Below, one piece after another: positions 37,601 through 49,756 of a stretch of 64,000 bases of DNA (the first letter of the stretch is position 1; each line of letters begins with the position of its first letter). A program made the translations under genes and the position numbers. The DNA is from Lama guanicoe. Lineage: Eukaryota. Location of the stretch: positions 3,535,374 through 3,599,373 of the forward strand of contig MU054220.1 of NCBI GenBank assembly GCA_013239625.1. Reading direction: 5' to 3'. The notes beneath the pieces are model-generated. The model made no database searches and was not told the origin of the DNA. It saw only the letters and a list, made by a program, of their open reading frames with translations.

Positions 37601-39780
37601 CCACAAGGGTGTCGGCCCACACACACCCCAGTGTTTCTGCAGAACATATTCGAGGCGCTGCTGTCCGTCAATTGGTGCTTTATCAGATTTAACCCAATTT
37701 CCTCACTGTCCATGGGAAAAGTAGGTCAAGGTGATAAGAAGTCCCTGCCCAGGTCTCGGTCATTTAGAGCTGAAGTTCATGGTTTTTTGAATCTGAGACC
37801 AGAACTTGTTGCACTACAGTGAGTTCTGGCGATGTGCTTGCAGACAGATTCCCATAAGGGCTCAAGATGGAAACTTCCGAAACCTGAGCCTCCCATTGGG
37901 GAAGCAGCTAGCTCATCTCCAGGCCCTTCCAGCTCTGCCGGCTGTGAGCACCACCCGGAGGATGGGGGACGGCCAGTACCCTTCCTCTCCAGCAAGGTCA
38001 CCCCTTCCATCTCTGCTCGGTCTCCTGTCCCCTTCTTTCTTCTGTCCCTTCCCAGGAGCTCCAGCGCCAGCCTGGGGCCTGGGGCTTCTCAGGGAAGAAC
38101 GTGTGTCCCTTCCATGGGCCCTTGAGGAGGGGGCCAGGCACCCAGCTCAGGCTCCGGATGGCCCCACTCCAGCAGCTGGCACCAGCCTTCAGAGATTCTC
38201 TGGAACCAGGTGACCTGGGTCTGAGAGGCCTCGGGCGAGAGGGGAGGGCCTCCAGCTCTGCCACCAGAACCTCTCCCACATAAGCACGGGGCTTCCAGCC
38301 CTCGGAGAGAAAACCTAAAGATGGGTTTCCAAGGTGTGACTCAAAGATCAAAATCAAATCCCTGGGCCTCCCCCTAGATTCTAGGGGCTGGAGCCCAGGA
38401 AACTGCCTGTGACCCAGGTCCCCATGTGAATTCTGCACACTCAGGTTGGAGAACCTGGGGCTTGAGGGACAACAGAAGTGAGGAAACCTAAGTACTGAGA
38501 ATCCTTTGTACTGTCCTCACCCTGTCACCGTACTCCCCAAGGGACACCAGGGAGTCCATTAGTCCCAATGGGCAAACCCGAGCCTGAGCCTTCTCTCCTG
38601 TTCCCCCAGCTGCCTACACTGCTCACACGTTCCCCGCAGTTTCTAAATTCAAAATGGGGCCGTTTTCACTGTGTATCAACTCCCTTCCCCTGGGCACCGT
38701 GCCACAGGAGCCTGCCTACCGGGGAGGGGGTCTGGGCTCCCATTCTCCTGGGGCGTGCAGGCAGGGGGCATGGATGGCACCAGGGCTGGCAGTGGGGATG
38801 AGGGTGGGGGTGGCCTAGAGAAAGTGTGCCTCTGATTTTCTGAACACAGCTAAGCCTCCTGACCCCTTCCTTCCAGAAGTCCCAGTCTTCCCATCGGTCA
38901 CCCATGGCAGCTTGGGAGCCAGAAGGCTCACCTGCAGAGGGACACCCAGGCTGGGCCCTGGAGTTGGCACTGGGTGGGGGTGGGGAGCCTGACACCCACT
39001 CTGGCCCCTGCAGATGGTCCGATGCCTCATTCACTGGGAGAGCGTTCGCTGAACACCTGCTGAGTGTGTCTTACTGTGCTGGGTTCTGGAGGGGGGAGGG
39101 GGGAAGGGGACCATTTGGGGGTGTAGAAAGAAATAGAAGACTGGGGGAGTGGAGAAGCCCACACACGGGTTGAGAACAATCACTAAGCAGCATGCCAGGC
39201 AGAGCGAGACGCACTCATCTAAATCCAGTCTGCACACGCTCGCTCAGCGGGCCCAGGCTGACTGTCTCACAAGGGTGGTGTGTGCGCCGGGGTGGAGGTG
39301 GGCAGGAGAGAGGCAGGGACAGGCATGACTTGAGGTCTAGTCCTCAGGCCACCACAGACTTGCTGTGTGGCCTTGGGTAAGTCAATCTCCCTCTCTGAGT
39401 CACTCTTCCTCCCCTCTACCAAATAAGCTCTCCCCATAGATGCAACCTGGAAAATGGCAGACATAAACAACAGGCAGTGTAGGGTAATGGTTAGAAACCC
39501 TGTGATTTGGGGTCACAGACTTCCATGGAAAGCCAACTACATCAGTTACATATCAATGTCCCCATCTGCAGAATGGGCAGATCTCCGGCATCATTGGGAG
39601 GAGGACTCGATGAGATAATCCTGGCTGGGTAAGCAGGTACCTGGATGGTCCCTTAAGAATGGGGTAGGGGATGTGTAGTTCATAAACAAAGCACTAGTTT
39701 CCTCCTTTGCTTTTATTCATTGTTAAGTGCAATATTTTACTTTTGGATTCCAAAGAGTACAAAAGCAGAGAGAGGCTTAC

Positions 39781-39846
39781 TTCTATGAAAGACTGCGTGA
39801 GGTGTAAGGTTAAGGAATCCCAGGATGAAGGAGCCTAGCGCAGCGC
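39781..39846 (-). pseudogene. Pseudo-exon, 66 nt: GAALGSFILGFLNLTPHAVFHR
   Basis: Donor gtaagc; acceptor ctcaccttccgg, a probable mutated ccag; phase 1 to 1. TPHAVF resembles DNAAF9 NPAAAF. Confidence 0.55.
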
Positions 39847-40325
39847 CCGGAAGGTGAGCAGCTCCTGTGGCTTTTAGACGACATGGCTCTTCCCCCGGAT
39901 TCTTCTCTTTAACATCCTCCACTTACTCTTTTCTCATCTTTCTCCTTCTCGGCCATATCTGCTCCCTGAAGGGGGTCGGAGCCCTCCATCTAGTCCAGCA
40001 TCTTAGCTGGGCCTCTCCCCCAAAACAACTTGGGCCTGGTCTAATCCTGGTCCCTCCCCTAATCGGGCAGCGTATACTTTAAGGGTGGTGTGTGCAGTGT
40101 TTGCAAATGGAGACCTGTGTTCCAATTCTAGTTTGCTATTCACTGTGATCAGAGACAAATTACTTAGCCTCTCTGTGCTCCAGCTTTCTCCTCCATAAAA
40201 AGGATTGACGCCACAGGGCTCTTGTAAAGATGAAATGAGAAAATGTATGTAAAACAGCTCATACTAAGCACTCGATCAACATATTGCTTATTCTTCCGGT
40301 TAAAGCCACCCAGGCTATTGGATAC

Positions 40326-40375
40326 CTTGTTTTCTTAACTTTAACAGAGCTATCTGCCTACATGGACCAGTTGTG
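40326..40375 (-). pseudogene. Pseudo-exon, 50 nt: TTGPCRQIALLKLRKQ
   Basis: ctcctgtttccag acceptor and AAG|gtatcc donor; phase 2 to 1. Positionally equivalent to recalled DNAAF9 SQGLVSNVVFTSH. Confidence 0.6.
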
Positions 40376-40836
40376 CTGGAAACAGGAGTGAATAAGGAGG
40401 TGGATTCATGTGAGCACGTGGTCAAATAGAAGTTTCCCTAGAAAGGCGAGAGGCGAGGCGTCCAGAAAGAGCCTGTCTGGATGTCTTCAGCTGTCATGGG
40501 GCTGCAAGTTATCAAAGAATGAGCTGCTCGCTGATGCTTGCTGAGTAGTCTTCAGTGTAAAAGGACCCGGGACTGCAAGGGCACATCCAGTGAGCCTGTG
40601 TGGGGCTGGTTTCCACCAGGAAGCTTCCTCCAAAGAAGCAGTGCTTGAGCAAGGAATGCAACTCCAGTTGGACCTAGCCAGCAGAGAGAAGAGGAGCAGA
40701 AACTGTGCGTTGGCCAGGGCAAACTGATCTGAGCTGTAGGGAGTTAAAATGCTTCCCCCTCCTCCCTCTCCTCTCTTCTCCCACCTCCCTCAGAAAAGTG
40801 ATTTTATCGGGACCAAGCAGAAGAGAAAATTCAATC

Positions 40837-40919
40837 CAATAGCATTTTACGTAAATGTCTTTAAGAGTTACAACATCCTAAGAGTGCAGAACAGAGACGA
40901 TTCCATCCACTTCAAAAAT
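40837..40919 (-). pseudogene. Pseudo-exon: IFEVDGIVSVLHS*DVVTLKDIY(VKCY)
   Basis: ttttaaatcaag acceptor. Resembles the CobW/ZNG1 strand IYLDGIITIVDS and DNAAF9 LFPKCL. TAG at 40878-40880; the exon ends at 40851 (gtaaaa) or near 40837 at a degenerate donor. Confidence 0.7.
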
Positions 40920-41370
40920 CTTGATTTAAAAGTGTAAATACAGGAAGATATAATCAGAATTGAAACAAGCAAATGTAAGCATGTAATCAACCTCATAGAT
41001 GAATTAAGGCTTGTGTATATTACCAGAATCCAGAGATTGGGCCAGGGAGCCAAGGAGACAAGCCCTTGGCTTTTCTTGTTGTTTTTGTTTTTTTTAAGCC
41101 CATGACAGAGAACCTGGAAACAGGATTCAGGGAGGCCTCTGGGGCACGAACAAGAACTTGACCAATATCCCAGGAAAAATTTCCTACCCTAAGCAACCTC
41201 AAATAACCAGACTCATAAATGCCCCCTGTGGGGTAGGCAGCCTCAGTTAAGTGGGATAATGGTTTTCCTTCATGGGTTTACATTTTTGACTCTAGAAAGA
41301 TCTAGGGTTACATTAAACAGGCTTATGGGAATCAAAAGCATAATATTTTATTTTTCTGTTATATGCTTAC

Positions 41371-41393
41371 TTGTAATGCTAAGATACTCTGGC
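41371..41393 (-). pseudogene. Pseudo micro-exon, 23 nt: (G)QSILALQ
   Basis: cttgctttaatag acceptor and gtaagc donor. Matches recalled DNAAF9 DVVQALQ. It needs an upstream phase 0 to 1 exon; a candidate is 41574-41583 (ISL) with a broken acceptor. Confidence 0.62.
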
Positions 41394-41855
41394 CTATTAA
41401 AGCAAGAGTCTGATCACTCTAAGTTAAAATGTAATTGAGTAATTAACTTTGATGTGTGAGTTTAAGTTGAAATTTTACTAAGCTTATACTCAGTAATAGA
41501 ATATTTAAGAGAACATTAGGTTCACCACACATACACATTTAATTTACTAGATGTAAAAGAATTAGTTAAGTACCCAGGGAGATTTTGTTAAAAATAGGCA
41601 AATGAATTAAAAAGGAAATCTAACAGATGACTTTAAGCATTCTTTTGAGATATACCTCACGCCCAGAAAAGTCCCCAGATCACAAAGTGTGCCTGAACCA
41701 GGGCAAGGAATCTAATATTGCTGGAACCCCCAAAGCACCCCTCCCCCTATCCTATGTCTCCTCCGGTCACTCTCCCCTCCAAGGAAAACCACTTAAAACA
41801 TTAAATTTATAAATACGATATGAATTGTTGGAGGCATGTTTAATTAACGACTTAC

Positions 41856-41911
41856 ATTTGTAAACAGGGCCAAATACCATTCAAAGTCTTCTTAGAGGCG
41901 ATTGCTAAAAT
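41856..41911 (-). pseudogene. Pseudo-exon, 56 nt: DFSNRL*EDFEWYLALFTN
   Basis: tttttctgtttatattgagcag acceptor and gtaagt donor. TAA at 41892-41894; phase 1 to 0. Confidence 0.72.
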
Positions 41912-42310
41912 CTGCTCAATATAAACAGAAAAAGATTTGTAAGCAGATTTGAAAGCCTAAGAGAGAACCAGGGTTAAGAATTTGTCAGTTTAATAAATTG
42001 AATCATGGTTATTTAAATTCAAAGTAAACTTCTGAGTAGTCTTTTCTGGGCACAACCACCACTTGTGAAATCACCACAAAATGTAACTGAACGTGTGTCA
42101 ATTCTAGTGCAAAGTCCTGGTCCAAAGTCCGGAAGGAATCATCTTTAAATTACACATCACGCCTCTTTGCTTTCCTGGGGGAAAGGGCACATCACCAATT
42201 CCCAAGTCTTCCTTCCAAAGCCTCATCTTTGTAGACCTCGCTCTTCTTTAAATGGCATTAAATTGCTTATGATTTAGTTCAAAATGCTTCAGATAGACAA
42301 TGTGACATAC

Positions 42311-42329
42311 CTTTTATGTTCCTTTTAAT
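42311..42329 (-). pseudogene. Pseudo micro-exon, 19 nt: IKRNIK(D)
   Basis: aattatag acceptor and AAG|gtatgt donor; phase 0 to 1 joins the 41.9 kb exon. Confidence 0.6.
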
Positions 42330-42738
42330 CTATAATTGGATAATCAGTTAAAGCAAATAGGAGCACTTACCCCCAGGATGGGTGGTTAGTATTTGAAAGC
42401 CCATCAGAAACCCACAATTCATAGGGGCAACTGCAAGCATTTCAGTTGTCTTTATCTCTGATCAGCACCAGAGGGCTTGTTCTTTTGCATAATGCAGTGG
42501 ACTGAATTTTCATTGGTGAATGCAGTGTGTAGGCAATGTGTCGACTGGCTGAGGATACAATCCAGACATCATCACTTCTACGGAACAGGGTCTTAGAACC
42601 CAGTGGGTCCTATAACCTACGGAATGTGATCTAGGTTCAGAATGTCCATCCTCTCTTGTGCATCACTTATCAGAAAATTTCGTTGCCTGCCTACCTCTAG
42701 AATCTCAGCTGAATTCAGCACTAATACTGCTGGTAAAC

Positions 42739-42775
42739 CTTGGGTAAATCTTCCATGCAAGAAACATCTACACAT
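42739..42775 (-). pseudogene. Pseudo-exon, 37 nt: CVDVSCMEDLPK
   Basis: tgtctgttag acceptor and AAG|gtttac donor; phase 2 to 0. Confidence 0.55.
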
Positions 42776-42916
42776 CTAACAGACAAGACCTGGGATTTTA
42801 TGGCGTTCCAGAGCAAAAGTTTTGGGGCCCTCTCGTTCATATTCAACATATGCTTGCTAATAAACATGTGCGTGTGTGGCTGAATTCGGTATGAGATTGC
42901 TTTCATTGTAACTTAC

Positions 42917-42933
42917 CACCAGGTTGCCAGGTT
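42917..42933 (-). pseudogene. Pseudo micro-exon, 17 nt: NLATW(*)
   Basis: Perfect donor gtaagt. The pyrimidine tract ends in cac, a probable mutated cag. Its phase-2 end matches the next exon. Confidence 0.4.
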
Positions 42934-43360
42934 GTGTGGGAGAAGAGAGTGAGCCCTCCTCTCCCTCTACCAGTCAAAGGTTATTGATATTTACTGCAGT
43001 GAGTCCAATATCTGTGCAAGACCCAACTGGTTTAGTGGAAAAGCCCAGCGATGGGCCATAGGTGGGTGGGTTGGGGTGGGAGGCCATGGAGCAGGTTGGG
43101 AGCCATAGCTTTGGGTGGGCATGTTCCTGGCCCTTCTACTCCCCAGGCTGTCATCTGTTCCAGCTCTGGGTAGGGGTGTTTGAGGGGTATTCTCAGACCC
43201 TGTGAAAACCTGCCAGGGACTCTTGGCCTCGCCCCTGGCCAATCCCACGCCAGGATCTGGAAATTGGGGGTGGGGTGAGTCTACTTCCTTAGAATAGCAC
43301 CTGGGGCTCCTGTGGGATCCTTCTGTCCTCTCCAATGCTTGATGTCAGAGTGCCTGCTCT

Positions 43361-43428
43361 GACAGCCTCCTATAGGTGCGCATCTCAGGGACAGCCTCCT
43401 ATAGGTGCGCATCTCAGGGACAGCCTCC
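43361..43428. repeat. 29-bp perfect tandem repeat (about 2.3 copies)
   Basis: Unit gacagcctcctataggtgcgcatctcagg. Confidence 0.9.
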
Positions 43429-45414
43429 GGGTTGCCTCTAAGGGTCAGGGACTTCTCTTCCAAGCGCTCCTTGGAGGTCTGTTTGGAAATGGCTCTTTTG
43501 AAAAGGAGACAGCACGTACTTAGCAGATGTCTCCTGGCCCTACCCCCTACTTCCTTTCTTCCTTCCTTCCTTCTCCCTCCCCTCCTTCCCTTCTTTTATA
43601 CTGAGTGTGGGGCTCTCTAGGCCCAAATCCAGTACCAGTTATGCATATATTTCGTAACTTAAATCTTGGGGAACCACGTTCAGCCTTAAAGGACACTAAC
43701 TTTTTTCTACTACTTCCTACTTCTTCCCCAGCTTCTCCCCACAGCAGAAGAGCTCAAACTGGGCCCTGAAGAAGACGTCCCTTTTTGATCTAAACACTCA
43801 AGGTCACTCCAGGTGTCCCCCTGACCGCACCGACAGTAAAGCCCCCCTCCCTGCACCCTCACCAATATCTCTAGGCACATAGGACCCCAGGAGCTTCCAG
43901 AACACAGCAGCAGGAGTAGCCTTTCCCTGGGTGCCCCTCCCCACCAGTTCCCCCAGAACTCCCTCCACTCTGGCACCCCAGGTGTCCTGATGGCTTCCTT
44001 CCCCCCAGCTGAGCCTTGGTCTGCAGCAGCTGGCGGGAGGCAGGCAGGCAGCATTGTCTTCACATCCATCTGCTGCTCTCCTTGTCCCCGCTACCAGCTG
44101 GATAGTCAAGGTCACGGCGCTAGCATTTGGTTACTTGGAAGGAAACGGCTCGCAAGATGTGGGGAAGTGTGGCGAGGGAGAAGGGGAGCCTGAAGTAGGT
44201 GATGTTTGGGAACAATCTTTAAAGGTAATAAGTAATATGCTGGTCATTAGAAGCCCTGTGGGAAGACAGAAGGAAGTCATGTCAAATGGCCCTGGTGTCA
44301 AATTGCTTTGTCAACTGCTCTATCTGGGAGCTCTAAACCCCTTCCCTGTGAAGGGGGTTAAAAGACTGTTTATCCATGCTCAGTGCCCCTCCAGTGGGAG
44401 GAGCAGTTCCCCCCTCACCCCATCTGTTTCCCACCTTTGCTCCCACCCATGCTCTCCTCTATCTCAGAACCTGGCTCTGCCTCTGGAAGGTGACAGTGGG
44501 TGGCCCGTCTCAAACATGCAGTTCGCCTAGTGTAGTGACAGCTCATGCTGGCAGTTACCTCCCAAAGTGGGGGTCACTTTGTTCACAACATACACACCCT
44601 CCAACATCTGATTAGGAACTGGGCCATTGTAGCCCTTCCTGATGGGACTCAGACTCTGCACTTTGACATTTTTGTTCACATCAGGTACTATGAGTGTTCC
44701 TTAATCCTTAAGGCTGTTGCAGAATTCAGGATCCTGAAAAGAACCTGGGTTTGAATCTTATACCTTGAACTCACTTGCTGTGTGACTTTGGGCAAGTCAC
44801 TTAACCTCTCTGAGCCTCTGTTTCTTCATCTGAAATGTGGAGATTTGTAGAGCTATTCTGGGGGTTCACATCCTCATGGACCCAATCAATTTCTCAGCAC
44901 ATCCTGAGTGCTCAGGAGGTGCTGGTCTCTTCCTCCCGCTCCTCTGCCTGGGAGTGGAGGGGAGAGAGGCCCCCAGGACCACATGGTGAGTCAACCTGGC
45001 TAGCTGGCTCTGGGGAATAGGCTGCTTGGGCACACTGCTGAGGATGGACTCTGCCAGCCATGCAGCAGGCTGTGTTTCTACAGCTGGAGAGGCCTCAGTC
45101 CCAATGTGCAAAGAGGTCTCTGAGTCTCCACCCAACTGTGGGGAGCAGCCCAACCCAGGGAGCCCTGGGGTGAAGGTGGGGGTGGGGGTGAGCATTGTAG
45201 TTGAGGCTGCCACAATTCCAAGCCAGCTGTCATTAGTTGTTCTGGCCCATAATTGGGCTGTAACCACCCTTTGGGACCCTGATTCTCTGTGATTAGCCTC
45301 TTCGTGCCTGGGAATGCTGATCCCACACTATCCGCTCCTTTCCTGCCCCAGCCCTTCCGGAGGGCCCTGCCAGAAGCAATCAGACAAGAGCTTCTTGCTC
45401 AGAGAGACCCGCAC

Positions 45415-45543
45415 AGCCAGCACCTTCCTGCACTTTGCCATGCCCGTGCCAGCCCGCCATCACGAAATAGATGCTAATAAATCACTCTGTTTCTGAGCAG
45501 CGGGCACCAGCTTCCTTCCTCTCCAGCTGGTGAGGGATGCAGC
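45415..45543 (-). pseudogene. Pseudo-exon with Walker A/P-loop: GCIPHQLERKEAGARCSETE*FISIYFVMAGWHGHGK
   Basis: Very strong acceptor ttttcttttttatcag. A hydrophobic strand is followed by GxxGxGK at 45434-45454, with TGA at 45482-45484. The 3' boundary is uncertain (exon end 45415 or 45424). Confidence 0.7.
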
Positions 45544-47392
45544 CTGATAAAAAAGAAAATCCAGTCCAGGGCAGTGTGGCCTGCTGGTGTCAGGTACAAG
45601 CTGAAGTCAGGCCAACCCGGGATCCCCCACCTGCTCTGCCACCTAGGAGCTGATGGGCCTTGGGCAAGTTAGGAAGCCCTTCTGGGCTTTTCTTACCTGT
45701 CCAATAGCAGTACCAGCCTCATGAAATTGCAGCAAGGATTATGTAGGTTAACAGGTCAGTTATTCAACCTGTCAGCTAGTCACAGTGTATTCACTGTGCA
45801 GTTCCAATGGGCTGGGCCTGCACCTGCGGGTACAGGTGAGCGGGACAGAGACCTCAAGGTCAGAACCAGTCACATTCTGGGCAGCCAGAATAGACGTGTA
45901 CATTAACGATGCAGTTTCATGTACGAATTGCTACTATAGGGTCCAGCAGGTGAGGTGGTGGACGTGACCGGGAGGCGCTGCCCTAGCAGGAGTGGCGTGG
46001 AAGCATTCTCCGAGGAGGCAGCCTTTGATGGGACCTGAAGGGTGAGAAGGGCCCAGCCAAGCGATGGGGGTGAGGGGGGTGGGGCTGCGACAGAGCCCTG
46101 AGAGTGGAACAAGCTTGGCTCCTCTGAAGTCAAAAGGGCCCCTGGGCCCGCAGCGTCCTGGCAGAGGGGTCAAGAGACCATCAGATGGGATCATGTGCGC
46201 AACCATAAGGGCTTGTGGATTTCATTCTGATCACAGTGCGGGGGGGATCTTTGGAGGGCTTTCAGCATGAGTGGTCAGATCGGCTTCCAGCTTTCGAAAT
46301 AGCACTTTGGTGGTGTGTTGTGGGTGAATTCTGGGAGGCCTGGGTGGAGGCAGGGAGGCCAGCTGGGAGGTTGCTGCCACAATGCAGGCCCAGGAGGATG
46401 GGCGCTTGAGCTTAGGCTGAGCTTGAGCAAGGAACGGTAGGCTCTGAGATTTACTGAGCCAGCAGGACTAGCCGTGTGACAGATACTGGCATGAAGGAAA
46501 GAGAGAATTTATGTTTTAATCTGAGAACTGGGTGGACGGCACCATCTTCTACGGAGCTGGGGAAGGCCTGGGAGCTGGTGGAGGATTTTGAGGGAACCAT
46601 TAGATGTCGAAGTGGAGATGCCAAATAGGCAGCTGAGACATCAAATCAGGAGCAGCAGGAAGTCAGGGATGGGGACCCACATGCTGAGCTGCTTGCTTGT
46701 AGGTGGCATAAAAAGGTACGGACAGGTCAAGATCACCATGGCAGTGAGTGTAAAGGACCAGACGCAGAGCGCTGGAACTTCCCACATCCCTTCTTCAGGT
46801 CGGGGTGAGGAAGCGTGTGCAGTGGAGAAGGCTGAGAAGGAGCAGTTGGAGGGCAGGGGGAGGATCAGGCAAAGTGGGCCCATGGGAGCTGGAGGAGGAG
46901 GTCAACCTGGCAAACATGAACTACAGAAGGCAGTGCCGGCGCATACTAGCTGCTCCATAAAAAGAGCTGTTTTTTTTTTTACCATAGTCAACAATGAGTG
47001 ATTTAATAGGGTTACTTGCACTGAGTTTTGGGAAACTCAGCAGGAACAAGTCTACCAGTGCAATCAAAGAAGGCTTCTTGAAGGAGGTGGTATTTAACCT
47101 AGACTTTTGAGGAATGAGTAGACATTCAACAAAAAGAAGAAGCGATTTCCTCCCTCCCTCTATTCAGCAGTACTTGTGAGCACTCTCTAGGAGTAGCGAA
47201 GGCCCTGTTTTAGGAGCTGAGGAAACATCAGTGAAGAAACGCAGGTTCCTGGCATCTTGAAGGGTACATCCTAGCAGAGGCCAGACAATAAGCAAATTAA
47301 CATGTCCTGTCTGGCAGTGAGAGATGCCAGGAGGAGAAGTATAGCTGGTTGAGGGACCAGAGAGCCAGGGAGGGGCTCTTTTGGACAAAACG

Positions 47393-47627
47393 ATCAGGAA
47401 AGGCCTCTCTGAAGAGGTGACACTTGAGCAGAGACCTGAGTAAGTGAGGGAGACCAGACTGTGGGTGTCTTGGGAAAGTATGTTCCAGGCAAAGGGAACA
47501 GCACAGCGAATCAGGAAAGGCCTCTCTGAAGAGGTGACACTTGAGCAGAGACCTGAGTAAGTGAGGGAGACCAGACTGTGGGTGTCTTGGGAAAGTATGT
47601 TCCAGGCAAAGGGAACAGCACAGCGAA
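47393..47627. repeat. Perfect 117-bp tandem duplication inside an L2 fragment (about 47160-47780, minus strand)
   Basis: 47393-47509 is identical to 47510-47626. Confidence 0.95.
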
Positions 47628-49732
47628 GATCCTGAAGTGGGAATGTGTGTGCTGTGAAGGAAGAAGGGAGAGAGTGGAGACAAGACGGTCAGAGAGGTGG
47701 CTGGGGTGAAATCATGGGAGGTCTGGGAAGCCAATTAAAAATCTAGTTTTATTTTAAATGCTGGGAGCCATTGTACGTCTGCATCCATGCATGGGACAGT
47801 GCAACTGATTGTACTGGCCTGTGTGCTGGAGATGGGGATGGGAACAGATTCTTTAAACTTTGCTCCTCTGGCCAAAGTAGGTGAAGCTTTCTCAGCCAGA
47901 GTCAAGGCATGGAAGGTGCCAAGCCTGGGAAGGCTCCAGGTGCCCGGAAAGGAAGCTGACACTGCCCTGGCCTGGGTGCACCTGGGCCCAGTGCCACCTC
48001 TTCCTCCCTGCCCTTCCTCCCACCTGCCGAGTAGTCTTCCATGGCCTCCCACCTGCAGCTTCTGAAAGCAAGACACTTGTCACTTGCCTTTGACAGGCAC
48101 TGTCCAGGCATCTCTAAGAGCATCAGCTGATTTGCTGACTTGGTAGCTTGGAGGTTGGAGAGGTCAGAATGATGCTCAAAACTCAGGTCTGGAAGACCAC
48201 CTAGGCCACCTGCTCACCTGATGCTTGATGCCCTCTTCAGCATCTCTGCTAGTGCCCCTGCAAGAATGGGGACCTCACCACCTTCAAGGGCAGAAAATAC
48301 TCTGTCTCTTAGACAGTATTTCTTGTAGTGAGTTGAACTTTGCCTCCCACTAACACACACAGAGAACCATCTAAGCCTTCCCGCTCCTTCAGAGATGCAA
48401 AGTGCTCAGTACCTGCTCACCCTCGAGCTCCCACCACTGACCCCCAAGCAGGTGACTTCGCCTTTGCTTCTGGCAGCTGTGCCAAGGAGAGCCCATGACT
48501 CCGGAGGAAACATCTGACTGATGTCCTCTTTGCTGAGGCCTCAGGGGGCCCTGAGTCCTTCCATTCTGAGTCTCTCTTCCCAACTCCTCTGAGAGGACTA
48601 AGGACCACAAGACAGAGCCTAGAGACCTTTGAACCCACTGCCTCTGCAGCTGACCTGGGCTCCCATGCCCACTTTGAGCATCTCCCACTGCCTCATCATC
48701 CCCTTTTGTTTCCTCTCTGCACAGATTTCTCCTGGACACTCCCCGGGCAGTGATCTCTCTCCGGGAGCTGAGGAGTCCGCCTCTGGACTGCCTGGGGCCT
48801 GGGGGAAGAGAAGGGTCAGAGAACATTTTCTATCACCCTCTTCTCTGCCTGTGGAGGGTGCTTCCCCAGAATTGAGAACTCCCTTTTCCTGAGCAGAAAT
48901 CTTTTCACAGGCACCGTGCTAAGCAGGGCTGTCAAGCACAACTGCAGAAGTGGTGTACTACTCAGCTCCCTGGAGTTGAGCAGTCCCCAACTTGAACACC
49001 TGTACATGGTGGTCCTACAAGCACTTTGCTTACTTTGTCTCATTTGTTCCTCACAATAGGCCAATGAGGGCAGTGTTATTATGATGTCTATTTTATAGAT
49101 GAGGAAGTGGAGGCAGCTCAGAGAAATCATGTAAGTCCAATGTCAAAATAGTAAGGAAGTGGCCAAACTGGGATTAAAACCTTCAACTCCAGAGTCAAGA
49201 TCTTCACCATTGTGCTTTTATTGCAAGAAGTCACATAGCAGAGTGTTCCTGGGCATAGAACGTGGAATCTGCCTTCCTTCAGAGCCGATCTGTGTCATTT
49301 CTACCCACCCTTTGTGAAAGTTACTCTGAACTTCTGTCTCCTTTTTCTGTAAAAGGGAGAAGTGAGCTTCACAGAGTTGACAGCAAGACTTAAAGAGATG
49401 GTACATACCAGACTAGCTGGCACAGGCCTGTACCTTGAAGAGGGAAATAAATAGTGGCTTAAAAAACCATGCAGTCCAGAGGTCCATGAAAGGGCTGGGG
49501 GCCACATAGGAGCAGCACCAGACTCCTAATGCCTGCTAGCCTGGTAGATCAAAGCAGCCAGCCTGGCTCTAATGCTCCACTTGACTTTCCAGTTCTGCCC
49601 TCATCGGGGGCCACAGGTGGATTTATTTTGGAAGTGGCCGATTTCAGGCCAGCAATAGAACACTGCAATTTTGCGTGCAGCAAATTGCCTCCTGCACAGT
49701 GAGATCAAGCCTCTTTCACGGAAAGATGTAAC

Positions 49733-49756
49733 CATCAGCTGTGTTTAGCACCTGTA
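49733..49756 (-). pseudogene. Pseudo micro-exon, 24 nt: (L)QVLNTAD(G)
   Basis: Strong acceptor cttctcttctcacag; donor gttaca gives phase 1 to 1, linking the 51.3 kb exon to the P-loop exon. Confidence 0.5.

Noticed and set aside
42030..42142. Open minus-strand frame DDSFRTLDQDFALELTHVQLHFVVISQ behind an AG
   Set aside because: No phase-compatible donor, and the flanking exons join directly without it. It cannot be fully excluded.
47297..47734. ORF with a repeated 39-aa unit
   Set aside because: Arises from the 117-bp duplication in an L2 fragment.
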